A DNA stretch of 64,000 bases. Source: an uncultured bacterium. GTDB taxonomy: Bacteria; Babelota; Babeliae; Babelales; Vermiphilaceae. The position numbers and the translations under genes were made by a program. Below are positions 49,801-61,800 of this stretch, one piece after another; positions within the stretch are counted from its first letter, which is position 1; every line of letters starts with the position of its first letter. Where the stretch lies: assembly GCA_963707655.1 (NCBI GenBank), contig OY970172.1, forward strand, positions 512,001-576,000, in the 5' to 3' direction. The notes under the pieces are model-generated. The model was not told the origin of the DNA. It ran no database searches and saw only the letters and a program-made list of their open reading frames with translations.

Positions 49801-52800
49801 AACAGTAACAGGTACAAGATCAATAGATAATGAATTTGCGCCGGTTGTGTAGCTGATCGTGCCGCTTGTAGAAGTTAAGGTGCCAAATGCAGGATACGCG
49901 CCGGTTGCCCCAATAAGTACTTGACCATTGCTACCGACCGGTAATGAATGCAACGCCCCATCGGGAGAACCAACCTGTACCGCATTTGGTGTTGTTCCGG
50001 CAACATTTACTATTGGCGCCGTTGCGGTGCCGGTAATTGCTATGTTATTTCCCGCACTAACTGAAGTTACAATGCCGCCACCTGCGGTAACTGCTTGCCA
50101 TGTTGGCAGAGAGGTTGTACCGGTGCTGGTGAGCACATAACCCACATTGCTTTGTCCTGAAGAAGCGCTTTGTAAATTTCCTGTGGATGTCGAACCACCG
50201 GTAATTGGTGCATAGGCAGTAAAGCTCGTATCGCCGGTGCCGCCGCCGGGTACCGTCGCGGTGCCAAAGATTGGATCACTTGAAGCCCCATTTGATATTA
50301 ATGGTATGCCTGCAGATCCGGGTGCAACAAAGCCTACATTTGAAGTGCCTTCACCAAGAAGAACATTGTGCGCGGTGAGTGTTGGCAAACCGGTGCCGCC
50401 ATTGGCTACTGAGACCGGTGTAGATAATGAGATAGTGGTTGAGCCACCCAAGGTCAGTGGGCCACCACCGGTTAATCCGGTTCCTGCGGTGATAGTGAAG
50501 TTTTTTGAAGTCACATTGCCATTAGTCACCGCAAAATTGGTTGGACTAAATGAGGCGATACCTTTTTGTGTTGATGTCGCATTAATGCCAGTGATAGTAA
50601 CGGTTGATCCGCTCCCCGCAGTGGTAATGCCTTGAGTAGGTGATCCGATAATATTTAAGTTGTTGCTTGCCGGGGTTGCGGTACCTGAATTTTCAGTGAA
50701 AGTTGTAGGAACTGCTCCAGAAGCTGCAATGGTAATAGAGTTGGCCGCATTGGCAATAGAAATACCAGTTCCCGGGGTTAAGGTAGCTGCTGCAGGAGCT
50801 GCTCCGGTGCTTCCAATTACCACTTGTCCGTTGGTCAAACTGAGCGAACTCAATGCTGAAGCTCCCGTTGTTCCTGAAATCACTACTCCATTAGTATTGA
50901 ATGAAGTTGCACCCGTGCCACCGCCCGCTACCGATGCGGTGCCAAATGATGGATTAGCTGCAGAACCGTTTGAAATCAATGGAACGCCTGTTGCTGCAGA
51001 AGGGGCCACGGTTGTTATGGCAGAAGTACCGTTGCCGACCAATACATCGTATTGGGTAAGAGTTGTTGCACCGGTACCACCATGAGCAACAGTAACAGGT
51101 ACAAGATCAATAGATAATGAATTTGCGCCGGTTGTGTAGCTGATCGTGCCGCTTGTAGAAGTTAAGGTGCCAAATGCAGGATACGCGCCGGTTGCCCCGA
51201 GTAGAACTTGGCCATTGGTGCCGACCGGTAATGAATGCAATGCGCCGTTTGGAGAGCCAACTTGTACCGCATTGGTTGTTGTGCCTGAAACATTGACAGT
51301 TAATGTTGAGCCGGAGCCGGAAGTGGTTATATTATTACCACCTTCAATAGTTACCGTGGAACCACTGACCGATCCTGAATTGCCATCAATAGTGGTAATT
51401 GCACCACTTGCACTTACTGGCTGGAATGTTGGGGCATTACCTGAACCGTTAGATGTTAATACATAATTGGCTGTTCCGGCATTGGTTGTTACCAACTTTG
51501 TTCCATTATAATAAACAACACCATCAGGTGATGAAAAGCTTGTCGCGCCGGTACCGCCATTGGCGATTGATACGGGTGTTGATAATGCATATTGCAGCGT
51601 TGATGCATTGCTAGTCACAGTCAATCCTGTTCCCGCCGTAGGAGTGACGAATGCGGGATCGGCCGATGCTCCGGCTGCTAGCAACAATTGTCCTGCGCTT
51701 CCCGGACCAACGGCTACAATTGGATTTGAAGCTTCACCAACCAAAACACCATGTGCAGCAAGAGGCGTAACGGTGAGTGAGCCGCCCACAACCATGTTAC
51801 CAGTCGTTTCGAGCGTATTGGCAGCGCTTCTATACAAGTAAGTGTCGCCACCCAACACTATTTCTGTTGCAGTATTCGGCAATTGCAATTGATTGTTTAC
51901 CCCATCCAACTCCATAACAATATATTCGGGAATAACCGCTGCTCCGTCACCGGTATCACTATTCTGATAACTGAAGGTAAGTTTCGCATCGCTGCCGCCA
52001 ATTTTATTAATGTCCCAACCGCGAAGCGCGCTTGTGCCGCCAACAGTTGCACCTTCATCTGAAACAAGCCGCAAGCCGGCAACATCTGTTCTATTGGTAG
52101 TAATTGCAGTGAGGCTGACATTGTTTTCTGAGAGAACAAAAAGCGATGCGGGACTTGTTGCTTGATTTTGATAACCTATTGCCTCGGTAGAATAAATTGA
52201 TGGATTATATATTATTGCCGGATTATTTGTGTCACCATTGGCAACTTCTACCAACGTATTAGCAACATTCGATAGATTGCCAATCACAATTGAGTTATCT
52301 TCTTGGTCGAAGTAGGCTAAACTTACGTTGGCAGAATTATTAATGCTTATTTTATCGCTGTTAGCAGTACCCGCACTTAAATCAAGTGTTGTCGATCCAT
52401 TTTGTATAACATCATTCGTTTGATTAGCAAGATCTGTTGATGTTACCAATACAGATGTAGATGAGGTGTCGCTAGATAAACCATCTCTAATTCCCGTGAT
52501 ATAATCAATGATTTGCGCCGATGAAATCATTGCAGTTGCCTCGCCCGTTACTTGAATAGCGGTTCCTTGTGGCGACCCCAATGCATTGAGACCATTAAAA
52601 TAACAACCGATAATTTCAGTTATGGTCCCCGCTCCGGACGCTTGGATAGAGATACCCGAATCAGGATTAATTTGAAACGTGCAAGCGCTAATTTGTGCTG
52701 TTGACGAGCTGGCTTGCAGGACAGAATTTGTATTGTTTCTAAATCCGGCCCCTCGCGTGTTAAAATCAGCGCCATTACTTAGGCTGACGCCCGTCGCACA

Positions 52801-55800
52801 GTTTTGTATGATGCCCCCGGCGAGAAGTACTGCGGCAGTTGAGCCGGTTGCAGAGAGACCAGTATTTGCTATTGATGCCGCACTGCCGGTAATAGAACAA
52901 TTATTACAGAATACAGTAACAGCATTAATAGATAATCCGGTACCATTTCCGGTCAAGAGACAATAGTTTAAAAGATACGTGGAATTAGTGCCGCCGCATG
53001 ATATACCGGTCTGAAAATTCAATACCCGTACATTGGAGAAAGATGAGGTGTTGGCGGTGCCAGAAAGCGCGATGCCGGCTGCCGTTGATGAACCGATCGC
53101 CTCAAAAGTGAGCTCAATAAAACGTGTACCTGTTGTTGTTGCAATAAGATTTTGTGACAAGGTGTTTGCTATGATGAAAGTAGAATTTGCTGAGGCTCCT
53201 ACAATCGAAATTCCGGCAGCAGTAACGGTTATAGGACCGGCGCTATTATTTTCTGTGTAAGTACCGGCACCGACTATAATTAAGATAGGATTGGTAGCGG
53301 TGGAAAGAGTATTGGCAACACTGACCGCTTTGGCAAGGCTCGCATACGGATATACGAAAGAGCCATTACCGGTTGTATCATTACCAAATTCGGCAACATA
53401 AATAGATCTGCCGACAGATGGACTTATATCTCCTCCAATATTGGTCCACTGCAAATTGGTCGGGGTTAATGAATTAGCCTGTAATATCTGATTTGCTGTT
53501 GGTAATGCTGCAGGCAATGATAAGGTGTAGCTTGTCGGTACGGTTGCCGGGGCATTCAGCCCAACATAATTGGCGCTTCCCGTTCCATCTTGCAAGCGAA
53601 TTGCATTTTGCAATGCCATATTAAGGTTGCCGGTCATGGTATCACCGGCTTTTAGAACGTTGAGAGAGGCTGCACCGGTAACATTGCCAATTAATGAGGC
53701 AGTAATAGTGCCGGCGCTAAAATTGCCCGAAGCATCACGGGAAACAATAGCATTTGGCGTATCTAAGTTCGTAGCGGTAGTGGCCGAATTGGCTACAAGA
53801 CCGGGTGTAACAAGGGTAGCAAGTTTACCATTAGCTATCGCAGCATTCGATGCAATATCAGCATTAACAATTAACGAGCTTGTTAAGTTGCCGGAGGCAT
53901 CATTATGAACAACGCCCGGGCTGGTGAAGCCGGCGATAGAAACTGTTCCTCCTGATGATATTCCCATCCTTTGCGAGCCGCTGGTGCTAAAATTTAAAGC
54001 GCCGGTATTGGCAGAAAGTCCTGTGCCGGCACTGCCGGTAAAGGTGAGCGAAGGGGCCGATGTGCTTCCTGCGGGCAGAGTGAGTGTGCCGGTCATGGTG
54101 CCGCCCGTTAGCGAAAGTTTGTTGTTAAGTTGAGTTTGCACAGAAGATGTTGTTCCGGATAAATAACTCAGTTCAGTCGCGGTGGTAATACTTGATGCGA
54201 GTTCATTGCTTGCGTTCGTAATGGTAGCGGTGCTTGGATTTAAGGTCCCAACAATAAAGTTGCCACTCGTCTCAAGAGTATTGGCAGAATTTCTATACAA
54301 ATACGTATCGCCCCCAAAAACAATTTTAGTTGGGGCGGAAGGTGAAATGTTTGGTAATTGAAGCTGATTTGCTACGCCATCCAATTGCATGAGTGTATAT
54401 TCGGGGATAGCAGCCTGCCCAACGGTATCACTATTTTGATAGTTGAATGCAAGTTGTGCGCCGGTGCCAAGTTTATTAATATCCCAACCACGCAGAGCAG
54501 TGGTGCCGCCGACGGGCGTGCCTTCATCAGATACTAAGCGCACGCCGGCAGTTTTTGTGCGATCAGTAGTAATCGCCGTGAGATTAGCATTTGCCTGCGA
54601 AAGCATAAACAGAGAAGACGGGCTTGCCTCATAATTTTGATAGCCAATTGCTTGCGTAGAATAAAGAGATGGCTCGTACATAAGCACATGATCATCCGCA
54701 GTGCTCAGTGCGACTTCCAATAGACGAGTGCTTGTATTGGAATAATTGCCGATTGCAAGAGCTCCCGCATCATCCAAATCAAAGAAAGCAAATGTTAAAT
54801 TGGTGGAATTATTGATGGCGAAGGTATCGTCGCTTGCAGAGCCAGCGGTGAAAAGAATTGATGACGTGCCATATTGCGCGATATCGTTGGTCAATGAATC
54901 AAGAATGACGACTGAGGAAGCAGTGAGGCTTGTTGATGCAGTATCAGTATTGCTGGTAGCACCAACTTGAAGTCCTGTTATATAATTTTGAATTGTGCAG
55001 CCATCTATATTAATCGTACCCTCACCGGTCACGGCCACTGCTGTTCCTTGAGGATTTCCTGATGAATCGCGACCATCAAAATAGCAAGCGATAATGTTCG
55101 CTTGAGTTCCGGCGCCACTCACCTGAATATCAAAACTTCCCGGTTCATTTATTTGAAAGGTACAACCGTCAAGCACTGATTCTGCCGCACCTGATTGAAC
55201 AACATCATACATATTATTGCTAAATACGGTTGCCAGTATATTGATATCCGCACTATTAGTTAAGGTGACACCGGTGGCACAATTTTGTATAGAACAGGTT
55301 GCAAATAGTAGCCGTGCGGAACTGCCTGTTCCGGAAATACCGGTATTGGCAATTGATGTTTCACTGCCAACGATAAAACACCCGTTAGAGGCAATCGCAG
55401 CATTATTGCACAAAATTCCTGTTCCATTATTTGCTAAGAAACAATCATCGATAAAATTTTGAGTATTTGTTCCTGCGCATGATATGGCTGTTTGAAATCC
55501 TACAATTTTTAAACTAGAGATGTAAAAAAGATTATTGGATCCTGAAAAAGTTAAAGCCGCTGCGCTTGATGTCCCTGCCGTTGCAAAAGTTAATTGGGTG
55601 ATTTGCGTGCTGGCAACAGCTGAAATAAAATCATTTGACAATGTGTTTGGCATAACAATAGTTGCTTGAGCTGCTGCTCCTGTAATTGAAATGCCGTTAG
55701 CAGTAATGGCAAGAGGGCCGGCACTATTATTTTCTGTATAAGTACCCGCTGCGATCGAAATTACTACCGGATCAGTAATAGTTGCAATAGCATTGGCAAC

Positions 55801-58800
55801 TCCAACCGCTTTGGCAAGGCTCGCATACGGATAGGCAAATGAACCGTTTCCTGTCGTATCATTACCAAAGGTTGCAACATAAATTGTTCTGCTTGATGTA
55901 GGGCTTGTGCTGCCGCTTTGCGAGACCCATTGCAAATTAGTTGGTATTGAAGGGCTCGCTTCTAATATTTGATTGGCGGTCGGTAACGTTGAGGGGAGTG
56001 ATAAGGTGTAGCTTGTTGGTACGGTGGTAGGTGCTTTTAAACCAACATAATTTCCACTACCGGTGCTGTCTTGCAAATCGATAGCATTTTGTAAGGTAAG
56101 GTTCAGTGTGTTATTTAAGGTGGTAATGCCCGTTACGCCAAGCGTGCCACCAACTGTTTCATTTCCAGTTACGGTCATGTTGGCTGCGGTAATAGTACCC
56201 GCAGCAAAATTACCAGAACTATCACGAGCAACAATCGTAGAATCTGTATTAAGAGGAGTTGCATCACTGGTGATGCTTACCGCGGTTGGGCTGGTAGTAA
56301 CCGCTATATAAGGATCACCAAAAATTGTTCTGAAATTTAAAGTGAGCCCTGTTTTTCCTTGGTAGATTTGCCCGGTACCTGAGCCCACATTTGCTCCTTG
56401 CACCTGGCTTGGAAGAGAAAATTCCTGGAAGAAAATAGGACTTGTTCCGATTGTTGCAAGCGGCGTGCTGCATAACCAGCTTGAACCGGCATAATTTGTA
56501 CCTTCAAGGATAAGTACATAGGCATTGCCAGCCTCTGAACCATTAGCAAAATCAGTTGGCCTGTACCACGGACTGCCTGCGCCCACCGCGGCAACCCAAA
56601 GACCATTTTCCACCGGCGTTGTTTGATCCGTTAAAAGAACACGATTACCTGAAGCGAGAGCTACCCCATCAATGGTTTGCTCTCCGTAAGGAGAATAATT
56701 GGTAACACCAACAACTTCTGCAGGAGTATGAACAACAATACCGGTGCCCACAACAGAATTTACATAGGCAACCGTGGCAACATCAGTATTGGCGGACGGT
56801 GTGCCGGCGATGGTAATCATATTTGTTGCAAAATCACCCGAATTATCTCGTACCACAATGTCTCCGGGAACATTCGAGCTTGAAATATCGGCCAATTTAT
56901 CATTGGTGATTGTCGCAGTTGTAATATCTGCATCAACAATGAGTGATGTTGATAAAAGCCCGGCGGCGGAATTGTGCACCACACCGACAGAAGACAAGTC
57001 ATCAATCGTCACTTGCCCCGAACTATTAATGTTCATAGCCTCTGAGCCATTAACATCAAATGAAAGTGTATTGGTACTCGGTGCTGACAGACCGGTATTG
57101 GTGCTGCCGGTAAATTGTAGTGACGGCACTGAGCTGCTTCCGGCAGGGAGTACAAGTGTCCCGGTTAAGGTGCCGCCGGTTAATGGCAAATCACCCGATG
57201 CCGTACCGGTAACTGTGCCAATGAGATTAGCAGTAATGGTGCCGGCGCTAAAATTGCCTGAAGAGTCACGAGAAACAATAGCGTTTGGGGTATTCGTATT
57301 GGTAGCTGTTGTGGCTGAATTTGCTACAAGGCCCGGAGTAGTGAGAGTAGCAAGTTTACCGTTGGCAATCGCAGCAGTATTAGAAATATCAGCATTGACA
57401 ATTAATGAACTTGATAAATTGCCGGAGGCATCATTATGAACAACTCCTGCAGAGGTAAAACCATCAATGGAAATCGTGCCGCCGTTTGATATTGCCATGC
57501 GCTCAAGGCCATTGGTATCGAAAGATAAAGCGCTCGCACTGGCAGAAAGTCCGCTATTCGTATTACCGGTAAAGGTGAGTGATGGCGCTGATGTGCTTCC
57601 CGCAGGTAGTTGCAATGTGCCGGTCATGGTATCGCCCGCTTTGGAAACTTTACCATTAAGTTGAGTTTGCACAGAAGATGTTGTTCCGGATAAATAACTG
57701 AGTTCAGTTGCGGTGGTAATGCTTGATGCGAGTTCATTGCTTGCATTAGTAATGGTAGCGGTGCTTGGATTTAAGGTTCCAACAATGAAGTTGCCGCTTG
57801 TCTCGAGTGTGTTGGCAGAGTTTCTATACAAATACGTATCGCCGCCAAAAACAATTTTAGTTGGCGCAGAAGGTGAAGTATTTGGTAATTGAAGTTGGTT
57901 GGCTACGCCATCCAATTGCATGAGCGTATATTCAGGAATAGCAGACTGCCCAACGGTATCACTATTTTGATAGTTGAATGCAAGCTGCGCGCCGCTGCCA
58001 ATTTTCTCAATATCCCAGCCACGTAGTGCAGTTGTGCCTCCAACGGGCGTACCTTCATCAGACACTAATCGTACGCCGGCAATTTGTGTGCGATCAGTAG
58101 TAATTGCGGTAAGAGTTGCCGGAGCAGCTGATAAAACAAATAGTGATGCAGGGCTCGTCATCTGATTCTGATAGCCAATCGCCTGCGTAGAATAAAGTGA
58201 CGAATTATATGCTATTTCAGGATTGTTTGCACTTCCCAGTGATGCAGCCACTAAAGGGGTATCTGTGTCACTGAAATGGCCAATCGAAAGTGCATTATTA
58301 TTACTTTGGTCAAAATAGGCAAGTGTTACATTAGTAGAATTGTTGACCGATATTGCGCTACTGCTCAGGGTTCCTGCAGTGAAGTTAACTGTTGCTGTTC
58401 CATTTTGTACTAGATCGGTGGTTGAAGTAAATACGCCTACTGCAGCCGCAATTAATGTGGTGGACGCGGTATCGCCGGGGTTACCAATTTGAATACCGGT
58501 TATGTAATTTTGAATCCTGGTACTTTTCATGCCGGCAGAAGCTTCATCGGTAATGATGATAGCCGTTCCTTGAGGATTTCCTGATGAATCGCGGCCATCA
58601 AAATAGCAGGCGATAATGTTTGCTTGAGTTCCGGCGCCGCTCACCTGAATATCCAAGCTTCCCGGTTCATTTATTTGAAAGGTACAACCATCAAGAACTG
58701 ACTGTGCCGCACCTGATTGCACAACATCATACAGATTATTGCTAAATGCTGTTGCCAGTATATTGATATCAGCGTTATTAGTTAAGGTGACGCCGGTTGT

Positions 58801-61800
58801 ACAGTTTTGTACCACGCCACTCTGATAAATTATTGTGGCTCCTGATCCTGTTGCATTCAGACCAACATTGGCCGGTGATCCGGTGATTGTTCCCTGTATG
58901 CCACAGCCCACACAAAAAACGGTCGCATCATTAATGCTTAATCCCGTACCATTCTCCCTGAAAATACAATAATCAAGCGCATAGGTAGAATCAGTACCGG
59001 CACACAAGATTCCGGTACCAAAATTTAATAGTTGCACAGCGGACAAAGATGAGGTATTGCCGGAACCGGAAAGCGCTATACCATTTGCTGTTGATGCGCC
59101 ACCCGAATTCAAGGTGAGCTCAATAAATCGACTGTTCACCGTTGCTGCCAGAAGATCATTAGATAAGGTAGTTGGTACAATGATAGTAGAAATTGCCGAT
59201 TCACCTACTACCGACACGCCACTGGCAGTAATAGTAATGGGGCCAGCGCTATTATTTTCTGTATAAGTGCCGGCTGCAATCGATATCACCACGGGATCAG
59301 TGATGGTTGAAATAGCATTGGCAACAGTAACTGCCTTTGCAAGGCTCGCATACGGATATGTAAATGAACCGTTCCCCGTTGTATCATTACCATATGTGGA
59401 AACATAAATAATTCTGCTTGATGTAGGGCTTGTGCTGCCGCTTTGTGAAACCCATTGCAAATTAGTTGGTGTTGAAGGGTTTGCCTGTAATATTTGATTG
59501 GCGGTTGGCGGCGTTGATGGGAATGATACGGTGTAGCTTGTTGGCACCGTGGCGGGCGCATTCAAACCAACATAATTCCCGGTGCCTGTTCCGTCTTGCA
59601 AGCGAATTGCATTTTGTAGGGCCATATTGAGATTGCCGGTCATAGTGTCACCAGCTTTAAGCACATTTAATGAAGCTGCGCCGGTAACATTGCCAACTAA
59701 TGAGGCAGTGATAGTGCCGGCGCTAAAATTGCCTGAAGCATCGCGAGAAACAATGGCGTTTGCTGTATTGGTACTGGTTGCCGTGGTGGCTGAATTTGCT
59801 ACAAGACCTGGAGTAGTCAGAGTCGCAAGCTTACCATTAGCTATTGCAGCGTTGACAGCAATATCAGCATTAACAATTAATGAACTTGATAAATTGCCCG
59901 AGGCATCATTATGCACAACACCTGCGGTAGCAAAGCCATCAATATAGACAGTGCCGCCGGTTGTTATGCCCATACGCTCGACCCCATTTGTGTTAAAAGA
60001 TAAGGCACTTGCACTCGCAGAAAGTCCGCTGTTGGTATTGCCGGTAAAGGTGAGCGATGGCGCGGCATGTGTGCCTGCAGGTAATTGTAAGGTGCCAACA
60101 GGATTGGTCAGAGTAACATCGCCGGCAATATTGGTATTTCCTTGATAATCAACAGTAAAATCGTTGCCATTTACCGTGATGGCATTACCTGACACAGGAT
60201 TCAAATTGATAGTATCGGCCATAATAGTATTGGCTGCGAAATTGCCGCTGCCATCACGCAATACGAGAGTATCGGGAATATCTGAAGAGCTAAATGAGAC
60301 AGATGATGGGGAATTTCCGGCTCCGTTAGAGGCCAATACAGAAGAAGCGGGACCGGTATCGGCAGTCACTAATTGAGTGCCATTATAATAGACAATGCCA
60401 TAAGGAGATGAAAAACTCTTAGCATTGGTTCCACCATTGGCGATGGAAACAGGTGAAGTTAAATTGATTACGGGAGAAGTTGCCGTTCCGGTAATATTGA
60501 TGCCATTGCCGCCTGTGACTGAAGTTACTGCGCCGCTTGCACTTACTGGCTCCCAGGTTGGTGCCAAGCCTGAACCGTTACTGGTGAAAACAGAGCCAGC
60601 TATTAATTGACCAGTGGACGCACTTTGCAAGGCTCCTTGAGTTGTTACGCCACCAATCACCGGTGCATATGGCGCAAAATTTATTGTCCCCGTACCGCCA
60701 TTTGAAACAGCCAACGTACCACCCAATGTTTCTGTTGTTCCTGTGCCGTTAAATTTTAATCCTGTTGTGCCGCCGGTAAAAGTGAAGCTATTTCCCGTTA
60801 ACGCACCTCCCGTATCACCGGTAATGCTAAAGCTTTGCCATGATGGAGAATTGCCTGAACCATTTGATGTTAATACTTGACCACTTGTACCCAATGATAA
60901 TGAATGGAGCGCGCCGTTTGAACTGCCAATCTGCACCGCATTTGTTGTGGTACCTGCAACATTAACCACCGGAGATGTTGTAGTACCGGTAATTGATATA
61001 TTATTTCCTTGATTAACAGCAGTTACTGCACCGCTTGTGCTCACCGCTTGGAATGAAGGAGCATTGCCCGCGCCATTTGAGGTTAATACATAATTTGTAG
61101 TGCCAACAGCAGTAGTATTTAATTTGGTGCCATCAAAATAGACAACTCCATCAGTATTGGCCATAGATGTTGCATTGGTTCCGCCGCTGGCGATAGCAAC
61201 AGGAACAGACAATGAATATTGCAATGTTGTTGAATTGGAACTTAAAGATAATCCGGTGCCCACGGTTGGTGTTACAAATGCAGGATCGGCCGATGCGCCG
61301 GCAGCTACCAATATCTGGCCAGCATTTCCCGGACCGGCAGAAGCGATAGATGAGGCTCCTTCACCAAGCAAAACACTATGCGCAGTAAAACTGGTTTGCC
61401 CGGTACCGCCGCCGGGAACGGTTGCTGTGCCAAATGAAGGATCTGCGCTTGCACCGTTGGACATTAATACTTGGCCCGCTGTTCCGGGGGCAATGAGTGC
61501 AACTTGTGCGGTTCCCTCACCGACTAAAAGATTATGGGCAGCAAGTGATGATAATCCGGTGCCACCATGAATAACCGAGACGGGCGACGTTAAATTTACC
61601 ACCGGAGAATTGGTTGTGCCGGTAATATTTATACCGGTGCCACCGACAACCGTGGTTACTGCACCACTTGCGCTAACCGGTTGCCATGTTGGTACAGATG
61701 ATGAGCCGGTGCTGGTAAATACATAGTTAACATTAGATTGTCCTGTTGATGCACTTTGGAGTGCTCCTGTGCCCGTTGTTCCGCCAACAATTGGTGCGTA

